The notes under the pieces are model-generated. The model worked only from the letters and a program-made list of their open reading frames with translations. It was not told the DNA's origin and made no database searches. 64,000 nucleotides of DNA from Lachnospiraceae bacterium (GTDB taxonomy: Bacteria > Bacillota > Clostridia > Lachnospirales > Lachnospiraceae). Shown here in pieces: positions 48,186 to 58,344 of this stretch (positions are counted from its first letter, which is position 1; every line of letters starts with the position of its first letter). The translations under genes and the position numbers were made by a program. The stretch is taken from the NCBI GenBank assembly GCA_024684675.1, contig JAIKWO010000134.1, positions 920-64,919 on the forward strand, written 5' to 3'.

Positions 48186-49485
48186 ACTGAAACGAATCAC
48201 CATCGTTTCCGCGGTTCTGTGCATCTTTCTGATCATGGGTACCGTGTTTGCATTGAATATTGTGAAGCAAAGCCGTATCACTGAGGCGCAGGAGAGACGC
48301 GCCGAGGCAGAAGCGGCGAATGCGCAGGGGGCGCAGGAACAGGTTGAAAAGACTGCTCCCGCTGCGAGCGCAGATGCCAAGGTCGATCAGACTGACCTGA
48401 CCGATCCGTCCCTCTATGCGTATCGAGAGGATCTGACCTTTTTTGATCAGGATCCGACGCGGTTTGAAAAAATGCAGCTGCGCATCGGAAAGAAACTGTC
48501 GCTGTTTGCAACAAGCGTACAGCGTGATATCCGGATCCATGTGCTCAACGACGAAGGGGAGCTTTTGAAGGGACATTCCCTCTTCGTAAAGATCGATGAT
48601 CAGGAGTACAAGGATCTCGATGCGGACGGGATCATTTATGTGGGCGATTTAAAAGCCGGCGACTATGAGGTCAAGCTTGAGGAGGTCGAGGGCTACAAGG
48701 TGCCGCAGAATGCGGTTCGTGTTCATGTAAAGGATAACGTCGAATACACCAAGATCGAAGACATCTCGCTGCTCATCAAGACAGAGGATGAGATCGATGC
48801 CGCAGCCGAGGACAGCGCGAAGAACGGTGCGGAAGAAGACCGTGACAAGACGGAGCTGACGGACAAGCGTCTGGGCGAAGGCAATACGCATTTCGGTATC
48901 GATGTTTCCAAGTGGAACAAGGAGATCAATTGGGATCAGGTTGCGGCGAGCGGCGTCGAGTTTGCAATCATTCGCTGCGGTTACCGCGGCAGTGTGACGG
49001 GCGCACTTGTTGAGGATCCGTATTTCAGAAAGAATCTCGAAGGCGCCAAGGCGGCGGGCATCAAAGTCGGCCTGTACTTTTTCACGCAGGCGACTGATCC
49101 GGTGGAAGCGGTTGAAGAGGCCAGCATGGCACTTGCACTTGTAGATTCGTCGTTTTTGGAGTATCCGATCTTCATTGATACGGAAGGCGCCGGCGGCAAA
49201 GGGCGTGCCGATGTAATGAATCCGGCAGTCCGCACGCAAGTGTGCAAGGCATTCTGCGAGACGATCGAAAGTGCCGGATACAAAGCCGGTGTCTATGCGT
49301 CGCGCAACTGGTATAACAACAATCTTGATGTAAAGCAGCTGGATGATTATGTGATCTGGCTTGCCGAATACAGAGAGAGCCCCAAATACGAGGGCAAATA
49401 TGAGATGTGGCAATATACGTCCAACGGTTCGATCGAAGGTATCGACGGACGTGTCGATTTTGATATCAGCTACACAAAGGACTAA
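48175..49485 (+). CDS. Second membrane-anchored GH25 muramidase (short paralog)
   Basis: N-terminal [23 protein letters not shown]...EEA, IDTE, WLAEY, WQY; overlaps the rmlA stop. Confidence 0.9.
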   Translation: MDSKLKRITIVSAVLCIFLIMGTVFALNIVKQSRITEAQERRAEAEAANAQGAQEQVEKTAPAASADAKVDQTDLTDPSLYAYREDLTFFDQDPTRFEKMQLRIGKKLSLFATSVQRDIRIHVLNDEGELLKGHSLFVKIDDQEYKDLDADGIIYVGDLKAGDYEVKLEEVEGYKVPQNAVRVHVKDNVEYTKIEDISLLIKTEDEIDAAAEDSAKNGAEEDRDKTELTDKRLGEGNTHFGIDVSKWNKEINWDQVAASGVEFAIIRCGYRGSVTGALVEDPYFRKNLEGAKAAGIKVGLYFFTQATDPVEAVEEASMALALVDSSFLEYPIFIDTEGAGGKGRADVMNPAVRTQVCKAFCETIESAGYKAGVYASRNWYNNNLDVKQLDDYVIWLAEYRESPKYEGKYEMWQYTSNGSIEGIDGRVDFDISYTKD

Positions 49486-49503
49486 TTAAAAGGAGATTTA
49501 ACA

Positions 49504-50061
49504 ATGGGAAAGTTAAACGTAGAGACGTGTGAGATCGAAGGACTGAAGGTGATCACACCGACTGTACACGGCGATGAGCGTGGCTATTTCATGGAGACCT
49601 ACCAGTATAATGACTTCAAGGAGATCGGTATCGATCAGGTATTTGTGCAGGACAATCAGTCCGCATCCAAGAAAGGCGTGCTGCGCGGGCTTCATTTCCA
49701 GATCAATTATCCGCAGGATAAGCTGGTTCGTGTCGTAAACGGAGAAGTTTTCGATGTGGCTGTCGATCTTCGCGAAGGTTCGAAGACATACGGGAAGTGG
49801 TTCGGCGTTAAGCTTTCCGCGGAGAACAAGAAGCAGTTCTTCATTCCGAAGAACTTTGCACACGGTTTTCTTGTGCTGTCTGATTATGCGGAGTTTGTTT
49901 ACAAATGCACGGATTTTTATCATCCGAACGATGAAGGCGGTCTTCTCTGGAACGATCCCGATATCGGCGTGGAATGGCCGATCGAAGAAGGCATGGAGCT
50001 GATCCAGTCCGAGAAGGACAAAAAGTGGCCAGGCATTAAAGAGTACAAGAAGGAAAAATAA
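49504..50061 (+). CDS. rmlC: dTDP-4-dehydrorhamnose 3,5-epimerase
   Basis: GDERGYF-x-E, FVQDN-x-S, GVLRGLHFQ, DVAVDLR, FAHGF, YKC. Confidence 0.96.
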   Translation: MGKLNVETCEIEGLKVITPTVHGDERGYFMETYQYNDFKEIGIDQVFVQDNQSASKKGVLRGLHFQINYPQDKLVRVVNGEVFDVAVDLREGSKTYGKWFGVKLSAENKKQFFIPKNFAHGFLVLSDYAEFVYKCTDFYHPNDEGGLLWNDPDIGVEWPIEEGMELIQSEKDKKWPGIKEYKKEK

Positions 50062-50066
50062 CCGGT

Positions 50067-51062
50067 ATGTTTACTGACCGTAATCGAAAAAGAATCATAG
50101 AAGGACTGGTGACAGTCATTGCGATCGTCTTTCTGGCGATCCTGATCCTGCACGAGAACCAGTTTGCCAATCCGCATGAAGAGCTTGTGAAGAAATCGAT
50201 CGCGACAGTGATCGTGCTTGTCAGCCTCGTACTGTTTTATGTGCTGTACGATAAGCTCGCGATCCTGCCGGTGGAGCTGTGGCAGAACCGCAAGCTGATC
50301 CGCAAGCTTTCGATCAATGATTTTAAGACGCGCTATGCGGGTTCGTATCTTGGCATGGTGTGGGCGTTTGTCCAGCCGGTTGTAACCATTCTGGTGTACT
50401 GGTTTGTTTTTGAAAAAGGCTTTAATGCCAAGGCAGAACGACTCGCGGGAGGCGGCGATGCACCTTACGTTCTCTGGCTGACGGCCGGAATTGTGCCGTG
50501 GTTTTACTTTGCCGAGGCTCTGAGTAACGGAACGACCGCGCTTTTGGAATACAGCTATCTTGTCAAGAAAGTCGTCTTCAAGATCTCGATCATTCCGATC
50601 ATCAAGATTATTGCAGCCACGTTCATACATGGCTTTTTTGTGCTGTTCATGCTGATCCTGTTTGCATGCCACGGCTTTTATCCCGATCTGTATACGCTTC
50701 AGATCTTCTACTTTAGTCTGTGTCTGTTTATCTTTGTGCTGGGTCTGTCGTATGCAACCTGCTCGATCGTGATCTTTTTCCGCGATCTGACGCAGATCAT
50801 TGCCATCATCTTGCAGGTCGGCATGTGGGCGACACCGATCCTTTGGAAGATCAGCATCTTGCCTGAAGAGTATCAGATCCTGTTCAAACTGAATCCCGTT
50901 TTCTATATTGTGAACGGCTATCGGAGCGCGCTCCTTGAGAAAACGTGGTTCTGGGAAGATTTTTACTCTACAATGTATTTTTGGATCGTGACGGCGGTCA
51001 TCTTCGGCGTCGGCGCGCTTTTCTTCAAACGACTGAAAGTCCACTTTGCGGACGTATTGTAA
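50067..51062 (+). CDS. wzm: Polysaccharide ABC exporter permease (Wzm/TagG/RgpC-like)
   Basis: DFKTRYAGSYLG-x-x-W, LVKKV-x-F, RD, ATPI-x-W, LNP, FADVL end; two extra N-terminal TMs. Confidence 0.9.
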   Translation: MFTDRNRKRIIEGLVTVIAIVFLAILILHENQFANPHEELVKKSIATVIVLVSLVLFYVLYDKLAILPVELWQNRKLIRKLSINDFKTRYAGSYLGMVWAFVQPVVTILVYWFVFEKGFNAKAERLAGGGDAPYVLWLTAGIVPWFYFAEALSNGTTALLEYSYLVKKVVFKISIIPIIKIIAATFIHGFFVLFMLILFACHGFYPDLYTLQIFYFSLCLFIFVLGLSYATCSIVIFFRDLTQIIAIILQVGMWATPILWKISILPEEYQILFKLNPVFYIVNGYRSALLEKTWFWEDFYSTMYFWIVTAVIFGVGALFFKRLKVHFADVL

Positions 51063-51074
51063 CGGAGACGGATC

Positions 51075-52337
51075 ATGGAAGACAATATCGCGATACGTGT
51101 AGAACACGTGAATAAAATCTATAAATTATACGATCGCCCCATCGACCGTCTGAAGGAATCGCTCGGCCTTACGCGTAAGAAGCGCTACAAGGAGCACTAT
51201 GCGCTTCGGGATGTCGACCTGACGGTCAAAAAGGGTGAGACGGTCGGGATCATCGGTACCAACGGTTCCGGCAAATCCACAATCTTAAAGATCATCACCG
51301 GCGTTTTGAATCCCTCGTCCGGAAATGTAACGGTCGACGGACGCATTTCCGCTCTTTTGGAGCTTGGTGCCGGCTTTAACATGGAATACGACGGTATCGA
51401 AAATATTTACCTGAACGGAACGATGATCGGCTTTTCCAAAGAGGAGATCGACGCAAGGCTTCAGGATATTCTGGATTTTGCGGATATCGGCGACTATGTG
51501 CATCAGCCCGTGAAGACTTATTCAAGCGGTATGTTTGTACGTCTGGCATTTGCCGTTGCCATCAACATCGATCCGGAGATCCTGATCGTCGATGAGGCGC
51601 TTTCTGTCGGAGATGTTTTTTTCCAGGCGAAGTGCTATCACAAATTCGAAGAATTCAAGCGCATGGGCAAGACCATCCTTTTTGTCAGTCATGATCTGTC
51701 CAGCGTCAGCAAATATTGTGACCGCGTGATCCTTCTGAACAAAGGCGTGAAGCTTCAGGAAGGAACGCCCAAGAAGATGATCGATGCTTATAAGCAGCTT
51801 CTGGTCGGTCAATATGCGGTGCCGGAAGATGCCGATGACGGCACGAATCTGCTGCACGATGATTCGATCAAGGAAAAAGCGGCCGGCACGCTTGAGTACG
51901 GAACAGGCGAAGCACGCATCACCGGGTGTTATATCACGGATGACAAAGGCGTGCGCACCAATGCGATCCTGAAAGGGAGCCGCTTCTCTGTCCATATGAC
52001 GACGGAATTCTACAAGGATCTGCAGGCACCGATCTTTGCCTGCTCGATCAAAAATCCGCTCGGTGTGGAGATCACGGGAACGAACTCCATGGTCGAGAAG
52101 AGTTTCTTGGAGCCTGTGCATGCGGGCGAAAAAAAGACGGCGGTCTTTACACAGCAAATGAACCTGCAGGGCGGCGAATATCTGATCTCGCTCGGTCTGA
52201 CGGGATATGAGGGAGACACTTTCAAGGTGTACCACAGATTATATGACGTGGCCAATATCACGGTCATCTCCGACAAGAACACGGTCGGATACTTTGATAT
52301 GAACAGTACGGTTACGGTCGAAGACAGCGGGGAGTAA
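51075..52337 (+). CDS. wzt: Polysaccharide ABC exporter ATPase with C-terminal Wzt_C domain
   Basis: GTNGSGKST, YSSGM, LIVDEALSVGD, VSH; C-terminal beta domain (YGTGEARI...G-x-Y). Confidence 0.92.
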   Translation: MEDNIAIRVEHVNKIYKLYDRPIDRLKESLGLTRKKRYKEHYALRDVDLTVKKGETVGIIGTNGSGKSTILKIITGVLNPSSGNVTVDGRISALLELGAGFNMEYDGIENIYLNGTMIGFSKEEIDARLQDILDFADIGDYVHQPVKTYSSGMFVRLAFAVAINIDPEILIVDEALSVGDVFFQAKCYHKFEEFKRMGKTILFVSHDLSSVSKYCDRVILLNKGVKLQEGTPKKMIDAYKQLLVGQYAVPEDADDGTNLLHDDSIKEKAAGTLEYGTGEARITGCYITDDKGVRTNAILKGSRFSVHMTTEFYKDLQAPIFACSIKNPLGVEITGTNSMVEKSFLEPVHAGEKKTAVFTQQMNLQGGEYLISLGLTGYEGDTFKVYHRLYDVANITVISDKNTVGYFDMNSTVTVEDSGE

Positions 52338-52338
52338 T

Positions 52339-54411
52339 ATGACAAAACAAATCGGCAGCATCACAATAGACGAGACGTTCTATCCGGGGCAGGATCTTTA
52401 CTGCGACGGCGCGATCGAGAACGAGATCTTAAATATTGCAAAGCAGAGCCGGAAGAAAGATTTTCGCAGAGTTATCGAAGAACGCAAGAACTGGCCGATC
52501 CTGTATCATCTGTCGCCGCAGCGCGAGAATATCGTCAGCTGGATCCCGATGGAGCAGGATGCGAAAGTGCTGGAAGTGGGAAGCGGATGCGGCGCGATCA
52601 CGGGTGCGCTTTCTGCAAGAGCGAAGGAAGTGACATGCATTGATCTATCAAAAAAACGGAGCCTGATCAATGCATATCGTCATCCGGATTGTAATAATGT
52701 GACGATCAAACTCGGTAACTTTCAGGATATCGAGCCGCATCTGGATACGGACTACGACTATATCTATCTGATCGGCGTATTTGAATATGCGCAGAGCTAT
52801 ATCGGGGGCGAAGCTCCTTTTCACACGTTTCTGCAGATCCTACTGCGCCACTTGAAAGCGGGCGGCCGTCTTGTGATGGCAATCGAGAATAAATATGGCT
52901 TAAAGTACTGGGCCGGCTGTCGCGAAGACCATGTGGGCGAGCATTTTGCGGGACTTGAGGGATATCCTTCGGGAGGTGCTGCCAGAACTTTTTCAAGGGG
53001 CAGTCTTTGCTCGATCTTTCAGGACTGCGGGGTAGAGGAGTACTCGTTCTACTACCCGTATCCCGATTACAAATTCATGACGACGCTTTATTCCGACAGA
53101 CGTCTTCCCATGCGCGGGGAACTGACCAACAACATGCGCAATTTTGACAGGGACAGATTGCTTTTGTTTGATGAAAAGCGCGTTTTCGACAACCTGATCG
53201 CAGACGGGCTCTTTCCGGAGTTCTCCAATTCATTTCTTGTTGTGATCGGAAAGGATTTTCCGATCGACTATGTGAAGTTTTCCAACGACCGTGCACCGAA
53301 ATATGCGGTTCGGACGCAGATCGAGGATTGTGTCGGAAAGCGCATTGTACGCAAATACCCGCTGACGGAAGAGGCCGCCGGACATATCCGCGGAATCTAC
53401 GAAAACTATGGCAAACTGGCGCAAGAATATGCCGGGAGCGAACTGGCGATCAACCACTGCACGCTTAACGGCAATGTTGTTGAGCTGGAGTATGTGACGG
53501 GCAGAACGCTTGAAGACCTTTTGGACGAGGCGCTGTACCGCGGCGATAACAGACGCTTTGAGGAGCTTTTCTTAAAATACTACAATCTGATCGATTTCCC
53601 GAAGAAGCCGACGGTTTTCGATTACGATCTGATCTTTTCGAATATTATTGTGGATGATATAAAGTGGACGGCCATCGATTATGAATGGACATCCACCAAG
53701 CGTCTTTCCGCCAAGAATATGGCGTCAAGAGCACTCTATTGCTACTCGCTCGGCAGTGAGAAGCGCAGGGACATCGCGTTTGATATGATGAAATTGCACC
53801 TCGGGCTTACCTATGAACAGATCGGTGATCTGATGCAGCGCGAGGCGATATTCCAGAAGATGTCCACAGGAGATGGCCTTTCCATGACGGAGATTCGCAA
53901 TGCGATCGGCTATCCGATCGTTCCGGGGCTTCATATCATGCACCGTTATCTTCACGAGGAACATCGTAACCGCGTGCAGATCTACGAGGATCATGGCGCG
54001 GGCTTTAATGAAGAGCAGTCCTATTTTGCACTGAAGGGCTATACGGAGAAGGAGCCTTTCACGGTGAAGGCGGAATTTGCGCCCGATGTGACGGCGATCC
54101 GACTGGATCCGGCACTGGATCGATGCATCGTGCAGCTCCATGAGCTGCATGTCGGAAAGAAGCAGCTCGACATGCCTTCGGGACGTATTATGTTAAATGG
54201 CGTTTTAATTTCTGAAGATACAGCCGTATTCAACACGAAGGATCCAAACATCACGATCAACGTAAAGGGTCTCGGCGCGGAAGGCGGCAAGAAGCAGACA
54301 ATCGAAGCAACACTCAGCGTCGTCAGGATCTCCGAAGAGATGGCGGAGAGTATGACGCATGACAGAAAAGAAAAGGGAGCGGGCTTTTTAAGCAGATGGT
54401 TGGCAAGATAA
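52339..54411 (+). CDS. Class I SAM methyltransferase fused to a kinase-like domain (WbdD-like chain-capping candidate)
   Basis: VLEVGSGCGAITG SAM motif I; later VRKYP, LEYVTG, DLIFSNII and IDYE resemble kinase beta3-Lys, hinge, catalytic loop and DFG equivalents. Confidence 0.7.
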   Translation: MTKQIGSITIDETFYPGQDLYCDGAIENEILNIAKQSRKKDFRRVIEERKNWPILYHLSPQRENIVSWIPMEQDAKVLEVGSGCGAITGALSARAKEVTCIDLSKKRSLINAYRHPDCNNVTIKLGNFQDIEPHLDTDYDYIYLIGVFEYAQSYIGGEAPFHTFLQILLRHLKAGGRLVMAIENKYGLKYWAGCREDHVGEHFAGLEGYPSGGAARTFSRGSLCSIFQDCGVEEYSFYYPYPDYKFMTTLYSDRRLPMRGELTNNMRNFDRDRLLLFDEKRVFDNLIADGLFPEFSNSFLVVIGKDFPIDYVKFSNDRAPKYAVRTQIEDCVGKRIVRKYPLTEEAAGHIRGIYENYGKLAQEYAGSELAINHCTLNGNVVELEYVTGRTLEDLLDEALYRGDNRRFEELFLKYYNLIDFPKKPTVFDYDLIFSNIIVDDIKWTAIDYEWTSTKRLSAKNMASRALYCYSLGSEKRRDIAFDMMKLHLGLTYEQIGDLMQREAIFQKMSTGDGLSMTEIRNAIGYPIVPGLHIMHRYLHEEHRNRVQIYEDHGAGFNEEQSYFALKGYTEKEPFTVKAEFAPDVTAIRLDPALDRCIVQLHELHVGKKQLDMPSGRIMLNGVLISEDTAVFNTKDPNITINVKGLGAEGGKKQTIEATLSVVRISEEMAESMTHDRKEKGAGFLSRWLAR

Positions 54412-56291
54412 AAGCATACGTTCAAAAACAATTATATAACAGGTGTTATAACCGGTATGTGGCGGAAACGGAGCGCCAGAAGGACTGCTACAGGCAATGG
54501 GCTCTGCTGCACGAAGACTGGAAGAAACATTCTTACCCGGCATCACCGGAGGTGACACTGCAAGCGATGGATGCGCTTTCGGATGGTGTGACCTTTACGG
54601 ATCATACCGGTATCACGCTTTTTTATGATACGCGTGGCATATTGGAAGAGAAAGCGGCAGCAGTCGTGGGCGCGTTCTTTCGCGAGAATCCGCATGTGCT
54701 TGTTGCCTATGCCGATGAAGATGTGATCGAAGAAGGACTCCGCGTTGATCCCTGGTTTAAACCGCAGTGGTCTCCCGATACGCTATTGAGTTTCCAGTAC
54801 ATGGGGCATGCGGTCGCGGTAAGGAGCAGTCTTCTTCCCGATGCCTATACGGGCAGTTTTTACGATTTGCTTCTTTATATTACGAAGCAGGTTACGGATC
54901 AGAAGTGGATCAAGGCCAACGATGAAAAGAAACCGATCGCGCCGATCGGGAAGGTGCTGATCCATATGCCGCCTTCCACGGAAGACGATGCGCGCAAAAG
55001 CGGATTTAATTTATGGAATCGCGTGACGATCTCTGTGATCATTCCTTCCAAAGATAATCCGGATGTCTTGAAGACCTGTATTTCCTCGCTTTTGGAACGG
55101 TCGGATCTCTCAAACATTACGCTCGAGATCATTGTGGTTGACAACGGTTCGAACGAAGATAATCGCAAACGACTCGAAGAAATGTCGGCTTCATTTAACT
55201 TTCGATATGTCTATGAAGCGCAGCCGTTTAATTTTTCCAAAATGTGTAACCTCGGCGTATCGAAGGCGACCGGGACGTATCTTCTATTCTTAAACGACGA
55301 TATGGAGATCATGCAGGCGGATTGGCTGCAGCTTCTTTTGGAAAAAGCAAAGGAGCCGCATGTCGGTGCGGTCGGCGCGAAGCTGATCTATCCCGATACG
55401 GATATTATCCAGCATATCGGCATCACCAATATCAAGGTGGGGCCGGTGCATAAATTGCTCAAAAAACATGACGGCGAGCTACACTATCACGGGCAGAACC
55501 GCCATGTATATGATATGATAGGAGTGACGGCGGCGTGTCTTCTGATTGATCGTGACAAGTATCGCCGTGCGGGTGGGCTGACCGAGGAGATGGCGGTTGC
55601 CTACAACGATGTGGAGCTTAATTTTGCACTCCATGACCTTGGCTATTACAATGTCTTCCGTGGCGATGTAATGCTTTATCATCATGAGTCCTTAAGCCGC
55701 GGAGATGACAACCTTTCGGACGAAAAGTGGATCAGACTGTTAAAAGAGAAGGACATTCTGTACAAGAAGCATCCGCACCTGAAGAGTTTTGATCCGTTCT
55801 ATTCGCCGAATCTTGCCGTGCATTCCAATCTCTATCTGCCGGCATTTATGTATGAATACGAAAAGCGCGATTACTATACAAAGCTGAAGGCGTTTAAAGG
55901 ACCGCTTCCGGAAAAATGGGAGAACGGGTGCCTGACCGTCAATACCGAGCATGCGCGAGAAGAGAAAAAGCTCGAATTCGATGAGAAGGATGATACGATC
56001 TGGATCGAAGGCTGGAGCTACGTGCTCGGCATGGATAATGCGCGCTATAAGAGGAAGCTTCTGCTTGCGGGAAGTAAGGGGCAGATCTATGAAGCTGCTG
56101 TGCTGTCCCGGTATCGCAAGGATGTAGTGGATATTCTGCCTGATGAGACAAATGTCGCACTTGCCGGCTTTGTCTGCAGGATCCCGAAGCAGGATCTTGC
56201 GCCGGATACATACCGCGTTGCGATGGTCGCATCGGATATGTGCTCGACGCAGAAGCTGTACCGCATGTCGGAGAAGACATTTACGGTATAG
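54396..56291 (+). CDS. GT2 glycosyltransferase (degenerate GT domain + GT2 + C-terminal beta domain)
   Basis: YADED...FKP, VIIPSKD, VVDNGS, FNFS-x-x-CN, FLNDD, VTAAC, NDVE, HHES-x-SRG. Confidence 0.88.
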   Translation: MVGKIKAYVQKQLYNRCYNRYVAETERQKDCYRQWALLHEDWKKHSYPASPEVTLQAMDALSDGVTFTDHTGITLFYDTRGILEEKAAAVVGAFFRENPHVLVAYADEDVIEEGLRVDPWFKPQWSPDTLLSFQYMGHAVAVRSSLLPDAYTGSFYDLLLYITKQVTDQKWIKANDEKKPIAPIGKVLIHMPPSTEDDARKSGFNLWNRVTISVIIPSKDNPDVLKTCISSLLERSDLSNITLEIIVVDNGSNEDNRKRLEEMSASFNFRYVYEAQPFNFSKMCNLGVSKATGTYLLFLNDDMEIMQADWLQLLLEKAKEPHVGAVGAKLIYPDTDIIQHIGITNIKVGPVHKLLKKHDGELHYHGQNRHVYDMIGVTAACLLIDRDKYRRAGGLTEEMAVAYNDVELNFALHDLGYYNVFRGDVMLYHHESLSRGDDNLSDEKWIRLLKEKDILYKKHPHLKSFDPFYSPNLAVHSNLYLPAFMYEYEKRDYYTKLKAFKGPLPEKWENGCLTVNTEHAREEKKLEFDEKDDTIWIEGWSYVLGMDNARYKRKLLLAGSKGQIYEAAVLSRYRKDVVDILPDETNVALAGFVCRIPKQDLAPDTYRVAMVASDMCSTQKLYRMSEKTFTV

Positions 56292-56319
56292 CACGACTAA
56301 CATCGATAAGGAATAACAG

Positions 56320-58311
56320 ATGCAGGAACAACTGAAAGAGCAGGCGGATTCCGAAAATTATTACCGTCTGGCTTACGAAAAAGAAAAAGCAAAGAATACG
56401 ATCCTTGCGGGCAAGCTCTCCGATGCGGAGGCAAAATGTGAGGATCTTGATTTCCAACTGAAAAGGATCAAGAACAATCCGCTTTGGAAGATGACTTTTC
56501 CGCTTCGCGGGACGATCCATGTGATCATCCGTACCAAAGATCGGATCGTGCGCCTGGGGAACCCGAAGGGTGTTGCACGCAAACTTCGTAACAAAATGAT
56601 CGAGAAGAAAGCCATGAAGCAGCACGGCCGCGCCAGCTTTCCGTCACCGGAAGAAGCGCAGGCGATGCGTGATACTTCGTTCCCGAAGGACATTACGTTC
56701 AGTATTCTGGTGCCGCTTTACAATACGCCGAAGCGTTTTCTTACCGAGATGATCGACTCCGTTTTGTGGCAGACTTACGGTAAGTGGGAACTTTGTCTGG
56801 CGGACGGATCCGATGCCGACCATGCGTATGTCGGTGAGATCGCGAAGTCTTACGCTGCGAAGGATCCGCGGATCGTTTATAAGAAGCTTGAGAAGAACGA
56901 AGGCATCGCCGGCAATACCAACAGGTGTTATGAGATGGCGACGGGACAGTTTATCGCTCTTTTTGACCATGACGATATCCTGCATCCGAGCGTTTTGTTT
57001 GAATACATGAAGGTGATCTGCGAGCAGGATGCGGATTATCTTTACTGCGACGAGGCGACCTTTAAGAACGGTAGCATCGAGAACATGATCACGCTCCATT
57101 TTAAGCCGGATTATGCGATCGACAATCTGCGCGCAAACAATTACATCTGCCATTTCAGCGCTTTTTCCAGAGAGCTTCTGGAGGGAACGGAGCTGTTCCG
57201 TTCGAAGTTCGATGGCAGCCAGGATCACGATATGATCCTACGTCTTACGACGAATGCAAAGAAGGTCGTTCACGTGCCGAAGCTCCTTTACTACTGGCGT
57301 TCGCATAAAGCGAGCGTGGCGAGCGGGATCTCGGCCAAGGTCTATGCGATCAATGCGGCAAAGAATGCGGTCGCGGATCATCTGACAAGATGTGGCATGA
57401 CGGATTTTGAGATCACAAGTACGCGTGCATTCGAGACGATCTTCCGGATCCGTTATAAGCTGACGGCTTATCCGAAGATTTCGATCCTGATCCCTAACAA
57501 GGATCACTACAGCGATCTGTCCAGGTGCATCGGTTCGATTCTGGATAAGTCGACATACGATCATTTTGAGATCATCGTGATCGAGAACAACTCGACGACA
57601 GAGGAGATTGCGGATTACTACGAAGAGATCGAAAAGCATCCGCAGATCCGTGTGGTTCGATATGAAGGCGAGTTTAATTATTCGAAGATCAACAATTTCG
57701 GTGCCGGATTCGCAACAGGCGAATACCTGCTCCTTCTGAACAACGATACCGAAGTCATCACGCCCGACTGGATGGAGGAGATGCTGATGTACGGTCAGCG
57801 CCCGGACGTCGGTGCGGTCGGCGCAAAGCTTTATTATGCGGACAAGACGATCCAGCATGCGGGTATTGTACTGAAACTCGGTGCGCACAGAACGGCGGGG
57901 CATTCACATTACAAAGTGAACTATGAGAACGTGGGTTATATGGGTCGCCTTTGCTATGCGCAGGATGTATCGGCCGTAACGGGCGCCTGTCTTCTTGTGA
58001 AAAAGGCGTTCTGGGATGAACTCGGCGGTCTTGACGAAAGTTTTGCGGTTGCGCTGAATGACGTGGACTTCTGCCTGCGCCTTCGCGAAAAGGGACTGCT
58101 CAATGTCTTTACACCGTTTGCGGAGCTCTATCACTACGAATCCGTATCGAGAGGATCCGATATCGAGAATGCCAAGAAGGCGGAGCGCTATAACGAGGAG
58201 TCTGCGCGTTTTCGCAAGAAATGGGAAGCGGTGCTTGCAAAGGGCGATCCGTATTACAATCCCAACTTCAGCTTGGACAAGAGCGATTTTTCGCTTAATC
58301 TGAACATATAG
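56320..58311 (+). CDS. Bifunctional GT2-GT2 glycosyltransferase with N-terminal coiled coil
   Basis: First domain ILVPLYNT...ADGS...DHDD...GSQDHD...YYWR; second domain LIPNKD...ENNS...LNND...VTGAC...NDVD...HYES. Confidence 0.9.
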   Translation: MQEQLKEQADSENYYRLAYEKEKAKNTILAGKLSDAEAKCEDLDFQLKRIKNNPLWKMTFPLRGTIHVIIRTKDRIVRLGNPKGVARKLRNKMIEKKAMKQHGRASFPSPEEAQAMRDTSFPKDITFSILVPLYNTPKRFLTEMIDSVLWQTYGKWELCLADGSDADHAYVGEIAKSYAAKDPRIVYKKLEKNEGIAGNTNRCYEMATGQFIALFDHDDILHPSVLFEYMKVICEQDADYLYCDEATFKNGSIENMITLHFKPDYAIDNLRANNYICHFSAFSRELLEGTELFRSKFDGSQDHDMILRLTTNAKKVVHVPKLLYYWRSHKASVASGISAKVYAINAAKNAVADHLTRCGMTDFEITSTRAFETIFRIRYKLTAYPKISILIPNKDHYSDLSRCIGSILDKSTYDHFEIIVIENNSTTEEIADYYEEIEKHPQIRVVRYEGEFNYSKINNFGAGFATGEYLLLLNNDTEVITPDWMEEMLMYGQRPDVGAVGAKLYYADKTIQHAGIVLKLGAHRTAGHSHYKVNYENVGYMGRLCYAQDVSAVTGACLLVKKAFWDELGGLDESFAVALNDVDFCLRLREKGLLNVFTPFAELYHYESVSRGSDIENAKKAERYNEESARFRKKWEAVLAKGDPYYNPNFSLDKSDFSLNLNI

Positions 58312-58344
58312 TCAAACCAATACAAATGAAACGGGAGGTCACTT

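Noticed and set aside
42963..49485. GH25 genes considered as prophage endolysins
   Set aside because: Both are TM-anchored and sit among housekeeping glycan genes, with no holin or phage genes nearby.
46329..51107. Long antisense ORFs opposite rmlB, GH25 and wzm (311, 254 and 395 aa)
   Set aside because: Shadow ORFs with no recognisable motifs or RBS.
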